DNA from: Rebecca billardiae RCC1528
Taxonomy: Eukaryota; Protista; Haptophyta
Direction of reading: 5' to 3'
NCBI GenBank assembly: GCA_965240325.2
Contig: OZ251234.1
Location: 62,001-126,000, forward strand
Length of the DNA: 64,000 nt
The notes below the pieces were generated by a model. The model was not told the origin of the DNA. It saw only the letters and a program-made list of their open reading frames with translations, and did no database searches. Both the position numbers and the translations under genes were made by a program. Below are positions 35,466 through 45,862 of the stretch, piece after piece (within the stretch, counting starts at the first letter, position 1; each line of letters begins with the position of its first letter).

Positions 35466-36784
35466 GGCCTCATAGCTGTTTTCGACCCAAAACAATCAAA
35501 CGTCGCTCGGCAAACTCGTACTCCAGCATACAAGAATGACAAAAATACTCACTTGTTTCACCCCCGGGGTATCTGATCCCACGTCCGTCCATCGACTTAT
35601 GCGGAATGGCGTGGGCGCGCTTATTTCGTCAAGCGCGTAGTTGCTAATGCAGAGCACTATGGGCCAACGTACCCCTCGAAAAAGCGAAAAGTCACCCTCC
35701 AACACCCCTCAAAATCGTCCCCCGTCCCCTTTTCTTTGATCAAAAGATCTTTTTGACGACAACGTAGTGAGGGCCCCCGGCGGGGCTCCACGCTACGCGC
35801 TCCGCCCTACACCGCGGGCCATGATGATGATGATGTTGATTCTACTCATCATCAGAAGGTGCTTCGGAGTCGTGCTGCCTGCTGGTGGCCGCGCGGCCGC
35901 GCCGGCCTGAGGGCTGAGCGGGGCCTGGCGCGGACGCGATGCCTCCTGACACTCACTCAGTGACAGACCCGAGTCCCCGGAGTCCCGGGCCGTACTGTGC
36001 AGTGTTGGATGGCGTCAATCACGCCTTAACCAAGTGTTCAAGTGTTCACGTTAAAACATAGTAAACTGTAGTCCGCCGCCATTGCCTGGCGTGCCACCGT
36101 GGGCGTCACGGTGCAGCCGCCGGGCCGCACGGGGCCGCCACGGGCCGCACGGCGGTCAGTGTACGGGCCGGTTCGTTCATCGTTGGCAGCCATCATGCCG
36201 ATCATCGCAGTATAGACGGGCTGTGAAGGAGCTATAGCTGCTAACCATGTGGCAAGGCGTAGTCCCAGACTCAGTCTCAGAGAATTATCGATTGCATCAC
36301 TCACACTGTATGTACTTCGCGGCATCACTCTGACTCAGCGGTGTGCCCGGGGGCGGCAGCCAACCTTGCTCGTCAGACTCACGACGTGCGGAGGGGGCCA
36401 GACGGAGTATTGGCAGGTCTGCACCCTCGCGCGACATGCCCCAGAGGGCAGCATGGCCGTCTCAAGGGTGATCCATCCTGGCCCCTACATGCCCATCCGG
36501 CCTCTCCCACGCGGCCGAGCTTCATGCGCGTCGGTCGGTCCCACGAGGACGTGGACGTGGGTGGAATGTGGATCGGTGAGAGGGGTGAAACAAGTTTTTT
36601 GTCGAAGGGAAGCTGTCACGCATGCTCACGCGCTCGTGCAGCCGCGCTGACCTGCCTACGCCACGCCCCGGTAACCCGGCCGTGGCGCTGGGCGGACGCG
36701 GGTGGGGCGAGCAAAATGCCCCTTGCCTCGATCCGAAAAGAATGAAAAAAGCAAACGGCTGCTGGGACGGCCAACGATGGCAGG

Positions 36785-38548
36785 ATGGTGATGCTGCTCA
36801 TTGTCATCACATGGGTGGCTGCGACGCGCTTCATCACTGTGGGCCTCAGCGGCAATGCCACTACCGCCTGGCCCCAGCCGTTCACCGCGAGCATCACGCG
36901 CACCGCCGCGCCGCTGTACGATCCGGCGCGGCCGCACCGCGCGTTTGCGCTTGTTGTGCACGGCCGGATTGGCAAGCTGCTCGGGCCGTCGCGCTTCACG
37001 TCCGACGCGTGCCTGCCATCCAAGCTCGCCCTCACCGTCGCCTCGGCGTCGCACATGGAGCACGTCGTGCGCGCCAACGCGCACAAAGGCGGCGTGGATG
37101 TCTTCGTCCACTCGTGGAACTACGGCCTCGCCACGGCGTTCATCGACAGCCTGTACGGCGACGCGCTCGTCGCGAGTATGCACGAGCCGACGGAGCACCT
37201 GGAGTCCGGCGCGTCGCAGGCGCTCTCCCTCGGCCGCGGCGTGCAGCTCGTGCGCGCGCACGAGCGCGCGCGCGGCTGGCCGTACAGGCTCGTGCTCGGC
37301 GCGCGCATCGACCTGGTCTTTGCCGCGCCCGTCCCGCTGCGCGCGCTCGCGCCTGAGTCGATCTGGCTGCCGACGCACTGCTGCATGCAGAAGCCCAAGG
37401 GCGCGCTCGAGCGCAGCACGGCGCGCAAGGCGTGCGCGCTCAACGACGGCCGCGTCGTCGCGCCGTGCCGCGTCTCCGCGAAGACGTGGAGCCGGCCGAG
37501 CGAGCGCGGCGTGGACCTGGGCTTCTTTGTGCTCGACTGGTGGGCGGCGGCAGACTCTGCCACGCTGGGGGCGTGGCTGGACATCGGCGAGCACTGGGCG
37601 GCGTACAAGTGTCAGCTCGACGCGCGGGGCATCAACAATCGGATGGGCCACGTCACGTGGTCGGTGCTCCTCCACGACGCGCTCAACGCGACCGCGCGCG
37701 TGCGCTTCACGCACCGCGTGCCGAGCGCGTTGGCGCGCCAGCTGCTGCTGCACGGCCACGCGGTGCCGCCGAGCTGCATGGCGGTCCGGGGCGACCCGCT
37801 CGCGCGCACGGGGGAGGAGCTCGTTCGCGAGCTCGCCGGCTGGTCGGACCCACGGCTCGCCGCGCTGCTCGGGCTGCCCGACACCACGTTTGCCCGGATG
37901 GCGACCATGTGCCCTTTGCTGCCCGCCCTCACTGAGGCGGTCGAGGCGGGGCGCGCGCCGCCCGTGTGCTGCTCAAATGGGCGGCGGGACATGTGCACGC
38001 TGGGCGGGCTGCCTCCGGCGCCGAGCGCAGCGGCGTGCACGCAGCGGGCCTCGGCGCGCATGCGCGCATTCGTGCCCGCCGAGCACAGAGCCGTCCTAGA
38101 CCAGAACCGGACCCGCGCCGATGCGGCGCGCTGCTACGACGAGCGCGCGCGCAGGGGCTGGATCAGCGCAGCGCAGCGCCTCCAAGGCATGCCCGTCTCG
38201 GAGGCGTTCGTGCGCGGGCGCGCGGCCATGGAGGCGCTGCGTAACGAGCTGGAGTCGGACGCTGCCGGTGTGCCGCGCCCGTTCGCCCCTCGGCTGCGCT
38301 TCAATGCCGCGTGCGCAGCGCTGCGTGGCCGTGGTGACGCCGAGGCCGGGATGCCGCCGCCGTACCGAGCGGGCGACCTCACGCAGTCGAGTCACTGCAG
38401 GATGCAGCCGCGCGACCGCGCCCACGTGTTCAGCCAGGCGATCAATCAGGCGGCGGAGGAGCAGAAGATGAGGAAGGAGGCGGCCAGGGAGGCAAATGAG
38501 ACGAGGGCGTGCCCAGCAAGCGACGCAGACAGAGCGCAGCAGATATGA
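36785..38548 (+). CDS. Secreted or type II putative glycosyltransferase-like protein
   Basis: N-terminal hydrophobic segment; FALVVHG, VDVFVHSW, SQALSL..HERARGWPYRLVLGARIDLVF pattern typical of GT-A-like proteins. Confidence 0.6.
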   Translation: MVMLLIVITWVAATRFITVGLSGNATTAWPQPFTASITRTAAPLYDPARPHRAFALVVHGRIGKLLGPSRFTSDACLPSKLALTVASASHMEHVVRANAHKGGVDVFVHSWNYGLATAFIDSLYGDALVASMHEPTEHLESGASQALSLGRGVQLVRAHERARGWPYRLVLGARIDLVFAAPVPLRALAPESIWLPTHCCMQKPKGALERSTARKACALNDGRVVAPCRVSAKTWSRPSERGVDLGFFVLDWWAAADSATLGAWLDIGEHWAAYKCQLDARGINNRMGHVTWSVLLHDALNATARVRFTHRVPSALARQLLLHGHAVPPSCMAVRGDPLARTGEELVRELAGWSDPRLAALLGLPDTTFARMATMCPLLPALTEAVEAGRAPPVCCSNGRRDMCTLGGLPPAPSAAACTQRASARMRAFVPAEHRAVLDQNRTRADAARCYDERARRGWISAAQRLQGMPVSEAFVRGRAAMEALRNELESDAAGVPRPFAPRLRFNAACAALRGRGDAEAGMPPPYRAGDLTQSSHCRMQPRDRAHVFSQAINQAAEEQKMRKEAAREANETRACPASDADRAQQI

Positions 38549-38857
38549 CGCGCGATCGAACGAAGCCGATGGCGTCATCGCCATCGGGCGCGCCAGGCCC
38601 AGCCCGCAGCCGCGCCGCGGACGACGACCCGCCTGTCGACCCGGTCCCGGATCATCAGCAGCAGACGACTACGCGCAGCCTTGACGAATCATATATCGCG
38701 ATCGTCATCGTCGTCGTCGTCAGCGCGCAGCATATGCTGCGCTGCTGATGTGCTGCTGCCATGATGACGACTGCTGCCATTGATGATGATGATGCGCGCA
38801 ATATTCTCTCTCTCTCTCTCTCTGACTCTATGCGCGCCTGCGCTCCGCGTGCTCGCG

Positions 38858-41137
38858 TCACTGCACCGCGCACGCCGCGCTGCCAGGTTCCAAGCCGCCG
38901 CCCTCGGCCGCTGGCGCGCCCGCCGCGGGCTTGGCGTCCGCGCTCAGCTCCATCAGCCACGCGAGCTCCTTGTCCCCCTTGAGCGCCTCGTACCGCGCGC
39001 GCACGTCCGCGGCGCGCGTGAGCACGGGCACGTCCGAGCCGTGCGGCGCGCGGAAGGTGTGGTCAAACGGCGTGCGCGGCGCGGGCTTGACGACCGCGCT
39101 GGCTGGGCGCAGCCCGGCGGCCTCGGCGAGCTCGGCCCACGCGTCGTCGTCGTCGCCATCCGCGCCGGGCGCGCCCGCGCCGCGCTCCGCCTCCTCCTGC
39201 GCGCTCGCCAGCTGCAGCTCGCGCGCGCGCTGCGCCACCTCCGCGCTGAGCGGCCGCTCGTGTCCGTCCTCCTCCGCCTCCACGTTGTGCCGCAGCGCCG
39301 TGAACGTGTCGGGCCGCAGCCGCACGCTCTCGAGCGCGTTGAGGGTGAAGGTGTTGCTCGTGATGCGCCCGCCGGCGGAGTGCTCGACGAACACGCCCGC
39401 GCCCGCGTTGCGCGACACCGTGTTCCCCTCGATCACCGGCGCGGCGCCCGACTTGACGACGATGCCGGCCGCGTCCGCGTCCGAGTGCACCTTGTGCCGC
39501 CCGCGCGAGCGGTGCGCGCCGCCGCGCCCGTTGCCCGCAATCACGTTGCGGGCGATCAGCGCGGTGCAGCCCTCGCCGACGAGCATGCCCGAGAGGCGCC
39601 CGTCCTTCATCGCGTTGTCCGTGACGTGCGCGCTCGCGCCGCCGCGCAGCTCGACGCCCGGCCCGTGGTTGGCGGTCAGCTCGTTGGCGCGCAGCGACGC
39701 GCGCGTGCGCGAGCCCCGCACGAGCACGCCCGCGCCGCCGTTGGCGCGGATCACGTTGGCTGCGAGGGTGGCGGCGGCGGCGTGGCAGAGCTCGACGCCG
39801 TGCTGCGTGCACGAGCGGATCGTGTTGTGCCGCACGATCGGCCGCGCGCCGCCCTGCGCCAGCACGCCCACCTGCACGCAGCGGCTGAGCTCGCAGCGCT
39901 CGAGCAGCGCCTCAGAGCCGCGCGAGAGCTCCACGCCTGCGAGCGCGCACGTGCCGACCGAGTTGGCGCGCAGCGCGGGCTGCAGCGGGCCGGCGCCGGC
40001 GCAGAGGATGCCCACGCGGCAGCCGAGGATCGTGTTCCGCTCGACCAGCGCGCCGCGCATCACCAGCGGCCCACCCCCCGCGCTGCCGCCCTGCGCCCCC
40101 GCGCCGCCCGCGCCGCCCGCGCCGCCATCGCCGCCCTCGCCGCCCTCGGCTGCGGGCGCGGCTTCCCCCAGCCCAGGCGGCAGCTCCGGCGGCTCGGCGA
40201 CCTCGTGCGCCGCGCTGCTCTGCGAGCCGGGGCGCTCGCCCGTCGGTGGGCGCTCGGCGTCGACCGAGGCGTACACCTCGATCCCCGTCGAGCCGATCCC
40301 CTGGAAGTGCGACTGCGTCACGCGCACCGCTGCCGAGCAGCCGACCAGCACGCACGCCGGGCCTGCGAGCTTGGTGCCCTCGTGGGAGAAGGCGCACCCG
40401 ACCACGGAGCCCGCCATCGGCGCGCGGAGCTCGACGCCGGCGATGGCGTACGCGCCGATCTTGGTATCGGCGACGTGCACCTCCGACGCGCCCGACGAGC
40501 GCACGCCCACGCCGCGCCCGCCCTCGAGCGCGCACCGCTGCACGAGCGCGCTCGCGCCCTCGGAGCACACCACCGCCGCGTGCGCCGTGTGCCGCACCGT
40601 GCTGTCGACCAGCGTGGTCTTGCCGCCGGCGCAGACGACGCCGATGTGCGCCGGGCCGATGGTGCAGCGCTCGAGGTGCGCCCCCGACAGCGCGTTCACC
40701 CGCACGCACAGCCCCGCCTTCTCGTCCGCGGCCAGCGTGCACGACTCGAGCGCCACCCGGCCCGCGAACACCTCGACCGTCGGCTTGCCGGCCGAGCCGA
40801 TGAGCGTGATGTGCACCATGTGCACCGTCATGTCCGAGATGGTGTGCATGGGGTCGGCCTCGTCCGAGAAGTGCCACTTGCCCGACGGCCGCATGCTGTG
40901 CTGCGCGGACACCACGTCCAGCGCGCCGGCGGTGACCGCGACGGCGGTGAGCTCGACCGGCCCGCGCTTGCCCGAGCCGTACTTGCCGCTCTCGTCGCCG
41001 ACGAGGGTGATGGGCTTGTTGAGCGTGAGGCGCTCCTCGTACCGCCCCGGCGTGATGAAGATCTTGTCCCCCGCCACCGCCACCCGCACGGCCTCCGCCA
41101 CCGTCGGGCACTTCCTCGACGGCACGAAGAGCGGCAT
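38858..41137 (-). CDS. Right-handed parallel beta-helix (PbH1/CASH, FBXO11-like repeats) protein
   Basis: TVAEAV..GDKIFITPGRYEERLTLNKPITLVG then repeated N-x-x-GV..-N.I..N units. Confidence 0.85.
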   Translation of the reverse strand: MPLFVPSRKCPTVAEAVRVAVAGDKIFITPGRYEERLTLNKPITLVGDESGKYGSGKRGPVELTAVAVTAGALDVVSAQHSMRPSGKWHFSDEADPMHTISDMTVHMVHITLIGSAGKPTVEVFAGRVALESCTLAADEKAGLCVRVNALSGAHLERCTIGPAHIGVVCAGGKTTLVDSTVRHTAHAAVVCSEGASALVQRCALEGGRGVGVRSSGASEVHVADTKIGAYAIAGVELRAPMAGSVVGCAFSHEGTKLAGPACVLVGCSAAVRVTQSHFQGIGSTGIEVYASVDAERPPTGERPGSQSSAAHEVAEPPELPPGLGEAAPAAEGGEGGDGGAGGAGGAGAQGGSAGGGPLVMRGALVERNTILGCRVGILCAGAGPLQPALRANSVGTCALAGVELSRGSEALLERCELSRCVQVGVLAQGGARPIVRHNTIRSCTQHGVELCHAAAATLAANVIRANGGAGVLVRGSRTRASLRANELTANHGPGVELRGGASAHVTDNAMKDGRLSGMLVGEGCTALIARNVIAGNGRGGAHRSRGRHKVHSDADAAGIVVKSGAAPVIEGNTVSRNAGAGVFVEHSAGGRITSNTFTLNALESVRLRPDTFTALRHNVEAEEDGHERPLSAEVAQRARELQLASAQEEAERGAGAPGADGDDDDAWAELAEAAGLRPASAVVKPAPRTPFDHTFRAPHGSDVPVLTRAADVRARYEALKGDKELAWLMELSADAKPAAGAPAAEGGGLEPGSAACAVQ

Positions 41138-41756
41138 GCCGCCGGGGCAAAGCCGCCGTTTCTCACGCGCCCACGCCCAGCCGGTCAAGCCCCTTACGCT
41201 GCTGCAGTGATCCGACGACGTTTCATTTCTGTGCTTCACTGCTTCGTTCTCGTCTTTTTCGCGCGCTTCATCGAGTTTCGTCGTGCTGGCTGCCCGCCTG
41301 GCTCCAGAGTCCAGTGTGGCATCCTCGTCCGTCTACCACAGTATTCGAACTGTATTTGTCCTTAATGAACTAGCTGCAGTACAGTCTACACCTCCAAGTT
41401 CGTCTGCTATATAGAGTACATGCGTGGTGTCAGTCGTGTCGACATCATCATCATGCGCGGCAGGCGGAGCGCCCGCGGAGCCGCGCAACGGACGACGCAG
41501 ATTGCCGATGACGGGTGATATAAGACTGCCGCTGGCAATCGCGCAGCGTTGCAATCATTGGTTGGTAGTCGTGACTCCACCGGGCCACATCGCTCAGCCG
41601 CCGAGTGATGATGACGGCTGCTCACAGCTCTGAGCTCAGTCACGGCACGGCTCAGCTCAGCGTCACGCCGAGGGTGGCCCGTCGCGCCGCACAGCGGCTC
41701 GACGCCAGCGGTAAGGCTGTGAGGATGCGCGCGCAGCACACGGCTATCTCAGCCAC

Positions 41757-42375
41757 CTACGCCGACTGGAACCCCAGGCCGTGCGACTCGGCGTACCGTT
41801 CCTGTGACCGGGGGTGTCAGTGCGCGCGAGGGAGGGGAGAGGGGGGAGGCGCCCCACCGCCACGTCAGAACGCGTGGCCGCTGGTGCGCGGGGCGCGCTG
41901 CGTCGCGGGCGGAGCGGCGGGCGACGCGGCGCACCAAGAAGCGCATCATGCGGTCCCACGACGGCGGATCGCGCATGACGTACACGCACTCCACTGAGCG
42001 CGGCTTGCCATTGACAAACTTTGCGTTCACGTCGGTCGTCACGAGCTCGCCCTCGTCGTCCACCATGAACATGCCGGTGATCTCGGACTGCGGGCCGTCC
42101 GTCGCCTCGAGGAAGGAGGGCTGGTCGAAGAGGAACGTGGCGGTCCCGGTCGAGCCGTCCTTCGAGCGCGTCAGCTTGATGTCCGGCACGATGGGCTCGT
42201 CCACGCCCTTGATAAACTGAATCTGCGCCGGCACCTCCGCCATCGCGACGCGCGAGGCAGCGGCACAGTGCGCCGTGCGCGCCGGCGCGGCAAAGGCCAG
42301 CGCGCTGCGCGAGACCGCACGAGATGGCGACATGGCGGCGAGTGCACCCGTCAGCGCGACGGCCAGCATGCTCAT
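41757..42375 (-). CDS. psb28: Photosystem II assembly factor Psb28, nucleus-encoded with bipartite presequence; intron 41783-41933
   Basis: [56 protein letters not shown]; spliced end [14 protein letters not shown]. Confidence 0.95.
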
Positions 42376-42517
42376 GATGGCGCACGAACGATACGCGACG
42401 ATCGAGCAGAGCCGGTCTTGCCTCGCGCGGCTTCGATGGGCTCGGCCGAGCCGCGGGCGTTGATTACGATCTCGCGGCGGGGCGAGATCGCGAGATCACA
42501 GCCGTGCGGGCGCGGCC

Positions 42518-43162
42518 ATGCTGATGCGCGCGAGCGCGCCCGCGCGCATGGCGCTCCGCCGATGTGGCAGCGCGCGCGCGCCACCCGTGGGCCCGGCGCG
42601 CGCCCTCGCGGCGAAGCCCACCGCCCCTACCGACCCCGACGACGCCGACGCGGACGTCGACCTCATGGAGCAGACGATCGGCCTGCACCGCTCGGCGGCC
42701 TCGGCGGCGCTCCGACAGATGCCCGGCCGCGATCGCGCGAAGCGCACCTTCCGCGGCGGGCAGGCTGGCGGCGCGGCCACGCCCACCGCGGCCGCCGGCG
42801 CCCTCGGCACGTCGCAGCCCGCCGAGTACACCGGCCCCATCGCCCGCCTCGCCTCCGTGCGCGTGCGCGGCGACGACGCCATCGAGGCCGTGCGCGCAGA
42901 GTACGAGGCGCAGGTCCGGCCGATGTACGAGGCGGCGGAGGGCTGCCTCGGAGCGCAGCTGCTCTTCGACGGGAACACGCGCACGGCGACCTCGCTCACG
43001 CTCTGGGCCTCTGCCCAGCACCTCGAGGCCGCCTCCACCACCGAGCGGTACCGCAGCGCGATGGGTGCGCTGGGCGTGCACTTTGTGGGCGCGCCTGAGC
43101 TGCAGACGCTGCAGCTGCACGCGTCCACGCACGCGCTGCCACGGCCCTCGCGGGAGGGGTAG
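42518..43162 (+). CDS. ABM-like dimeric alpha/beta-barrel protein with transit-like N-terminus
   Basis: IARLASVRV..YEAQVRPMY..EGCLGAQLL..ATSLTLWAS pattern. Confidence 0.6.
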   Translation: MLMRASAPARMALRRCGSARAPPVGPARALAAKPTAPTDPDDADADVDLMEQTIGLHRSAASAALRQMPGRDRAKRTFRGGQAGGAATPTAAAGALGTSQPAEYTGPIARLASVRVRGDDAIEAVRAEYEAQVRPMYEAAEGCLGAQLLFDGNTRTATSLTLWASAQHLEAASTTERYRSAMGALGVHFVGAPELQTLQLHASTHALPRPSREG

Positions 43163-43792
43163 CGCGCGACGCGCGGCTGCGACGAGGCGCGCCGGCATCA
43201 TCATCTGCCTGGCGTCAGCAGCGCACTCGCGCGGCCGGCGGCACCGTGCCCGACAGCGCCAGCCACTGCCAGTAGAACGTAGTAGTATATCCGCCGACGG
43301 TATCGCAGAATCTGACTACGTCAGTCTCAGTCTGTCACTGTCTCACGCTCTTGAGTCTTGACAGACAGGTCTACATCACTCTTGCTCGGGGCATGCACGC
43401 GCGCAGACAAGCATCAGCAGTTCTGGCCGCGCCATATATATATAATGATATACGCGACGTACTTCCGAGCAGAGTTATCGGATTAACTGATGATGGCGCG
43501 ATGCTGATGACGGACGACCGGACCAGATACGGCGGGATATATACAGCCTATACAGGCTATAGCCGCCGCCTATAGCGTACGGTAGTTCAGTACTCTCCCC
43601 GCCTCCCGGCACGGCCGCGGTCGTAGTATAGTCCTCGCAGTCCTAGACCTACGACTACTAGGCTTCACTAGTGACACTACTGGTCTATAATGGCGGAGTA
43701 ATATGCCGAATGCGTCGTTCATCGAACAGATCGATATCGACGAATGACGATCTACCGGACTACTACTCTACTTATACTACCTGCTACTACCC

Positions 43793-45466
43793 TCAGGCGC
43801 AGAAGTCATCAGCGGCGGCGCTGCCAGCGGCCAGCTCAGGAATCCGATCCGCAGGCAGCGTCACGCCCACAGTGACAGTCCCAACTGCCGCTGCTGCGCC
43901 TGTCGTGTCTGTGGCGGCGGGCTCTGCGGCACCCGCGGGGGCGTCAGCCCCGGCGGCCGCGCGCGCGAGGCACGTCTCGAGCCGCTGAATCACCACAACG
44001 AGCCGGAGCAGGTCCAGCGCCAGCTCCGCCGCCTGCGCGCACAGCTCGCGCAGCAGCGCCACCCGCGCGCCCTCCGCCACGCCAGCCTGTGCGAGGGCGG
44101 CGCCGTGCGCGGCCGGCTCGGTGGCGGTAAGCAGCACGCGCCGGAGGGCGGCGTGCTCGCTCGGGCTGAGGGGCGCGCAGCGCCCGACGTGCTGCGCAAG
44201 CCGCGCGAGCGGCGGCCAGAGCCGATCGGGAATGCCGCCGCGCGGCCGCGTGTGCGCGTCGCACGCGTGCGTGCCGCCCCCCTCGCCCTGCTCCGTCCAC
44301 AGCAAGCGCGCACGGCGCGCGGAGGCGCCGCCGTCACCGTCCGGCTGCATCTGCGCGGACGCGAGCAGCAGCTGCACGCTCGCGGCCGCCAGCACGCCCT
44401 GCTTGCGCGCGCGCACCGCCTCCGCGCCGAGCAGCCCGTCCGCCAGCGCGCCGCGCGCCACGCGCTCGCAGCGCTCGAAGTAGGCCGCCCAGACCGGCGC
44501 CAGCTCGGCGCTGCCGCGCGGCTCGCCTGTCGGCCGGCGCGGCGCGCGCGCCGCCACCGCGGGGACGCAGCTCACGCCGCTCGGCGGGCAGCCGAACGTG
44601 TCGGCCACCGCCTCCCACGTCCGCAGGTCCGCCTCGCGCAGCCCGCGGAACACCTCGAGCGCGCCGGAGACCACCGAGTCAGAGGCCAGCGCCTCGTACG
44701 CGCACGCGGGCCCGGCGAGCAAGCCCGCGGCCACCGCGCACGCGAGCGCGGCCGGCGAGAGCGTCAGCAGCAGCAGCAGCCCGAGCAGTGCGAAGAGCCA
44801 CCACCACACCTCGCACTCCAGCGCCGCCTCCACGTAGTAGCGCACGGCGACGCAGAGCAGCGGCACGAACTTGGCCGCGCCGATCAGCGCGGCGCCCCCC
44901 AGCCCGAGCGCCGCGCCCCACACCCCCAGACCCACGCCCACGCCCACGTCTCGCAGCGGGATGTCAAAGACGGCGCCGTCCCAGCCGAGGGGGATGCCGC
45001 GCAGCTCGCGCACGATCGTGAAGACCGAGCGCGTGTTGAAGCGCCAGAAATCTGCGCTCCAATCCCGCGCCTCGGCGAGCGCGCCGCCACAGCCGCCCAG
45101 CAGCGGCACGCCGTCGTCCCAGACAGAGGCGGCGAGCGTGAGGCTGAAGTAGGCGGTCGCACACAGCAGCGCGCCGGTGCACACGAGGAAGGGCCACGCG
45201 AGCAGGCAGGCGGGCAGCAGCAGCAGCCCGAGCGCGCGCACGTTCGGCCCGATCGCCGCGTAGCCCCACAGCGTCTTGAAGGAGAGGTACACGTCGTGCG
45301 GCAGGCACACGAGCGCGGTGCCGGTGGCGCTCGCTACCACCAGCAGGATCGGGAGCGGCGCGTACAGCACCGCCTTGGCGAGGCCGAGGAACGGCAGGCA
45401 GCCGCAGCAGCAGCACACCCACAGCGGGTTGTCCGGATGCGCGCGCGAGCTGCCGCTGCTTCCCAT
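43793..45466 (-). CDS. Multi-TM membrane protein resembling the plant At3g27390-like family
   Basis: LGLAKAVLYAP..LPHDVYLSFKTL..IGPNVR..LLLP..LAWP; FDIPL; MGSSGS plus CCCCGC possible acylation. Confidence 0.65.
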   Translation of the reverse strand: MGSSGSSRAHPDNPLWVCCCCGCLPFLGLAKAVLYAPLPILLVVASATGTALVCLPHDVYLSFKTLWGYAAIGPNVRALGLLLLPACLLAWPFLVCTGALLCATAYFSLTLAASVWDDGVPLLGGCGGALAEARDWSADFWRFNTRSVFTIVRELRGIPLGWDGAVFDIPLRDVGVGVGLGVWGAALGLGGAALIGAAKFVPLLCVAVRYYVEAALECEVWWWLFALLGLLLLLTLSPAALACAVAAGLLAGPACAYEALASDSVVSGALEVFRGLREADLRTWEAVADTFGCPPSGVSCVPAVAARAPRRPTGEPRGSAELAPVWAAYFERCERVARGALADGLLGAEAVRARKQGVLAAASVQLLLASAQMQPDGDGGASARRARLLWTEQGEGGGTHACDAHTRPRGGIPDRLWPPLARLAQHVGRCAPLSPSEHAALRRVLLTATEPAAHGAALAQAGVAEGARVALLRELCAQAAELALDLLRLVVVIQRLETCLARAAAGADAPAGAAEPAATDTTGAAAAVGTVTVGVTLPADRIPELAAGSAAADDFCA

Positions 45467-45862
45467 GCCGCGCCACGGCGCCGGCCGGGCGCGCGGAGAC
45501 CAGTCTCCCAAGCGACTGGTCAGTGGAGTACGGTACACTGTTGGCCAGTCTGTTGGCTACTCAGACTTGGCTCATGCAACAATCAGAACTTACGCTACAG
45601 CCCTTGATCAGCAGTACAATCTGTACAGTGCCCATGTTACAGTGTCAGCTGTCTACGACGGTGATACCGACTACGACGCTACAGCACAGTCGATCCGCAG
45701 CACCCTGGCCCTGGGTGCCCAGATCAGTCATCTGATGCATCATGCCTGATGAGTCGCATCATCAATACAGTAGCTAGTCTTTCGCGCCGAGCTCCGCGCA
45801 CGGTGCAGGCCGAGAGCGCTCGGCGTGCAGCAGTGTCAGTGAGCAGGCCGAGACTCGTCGCG

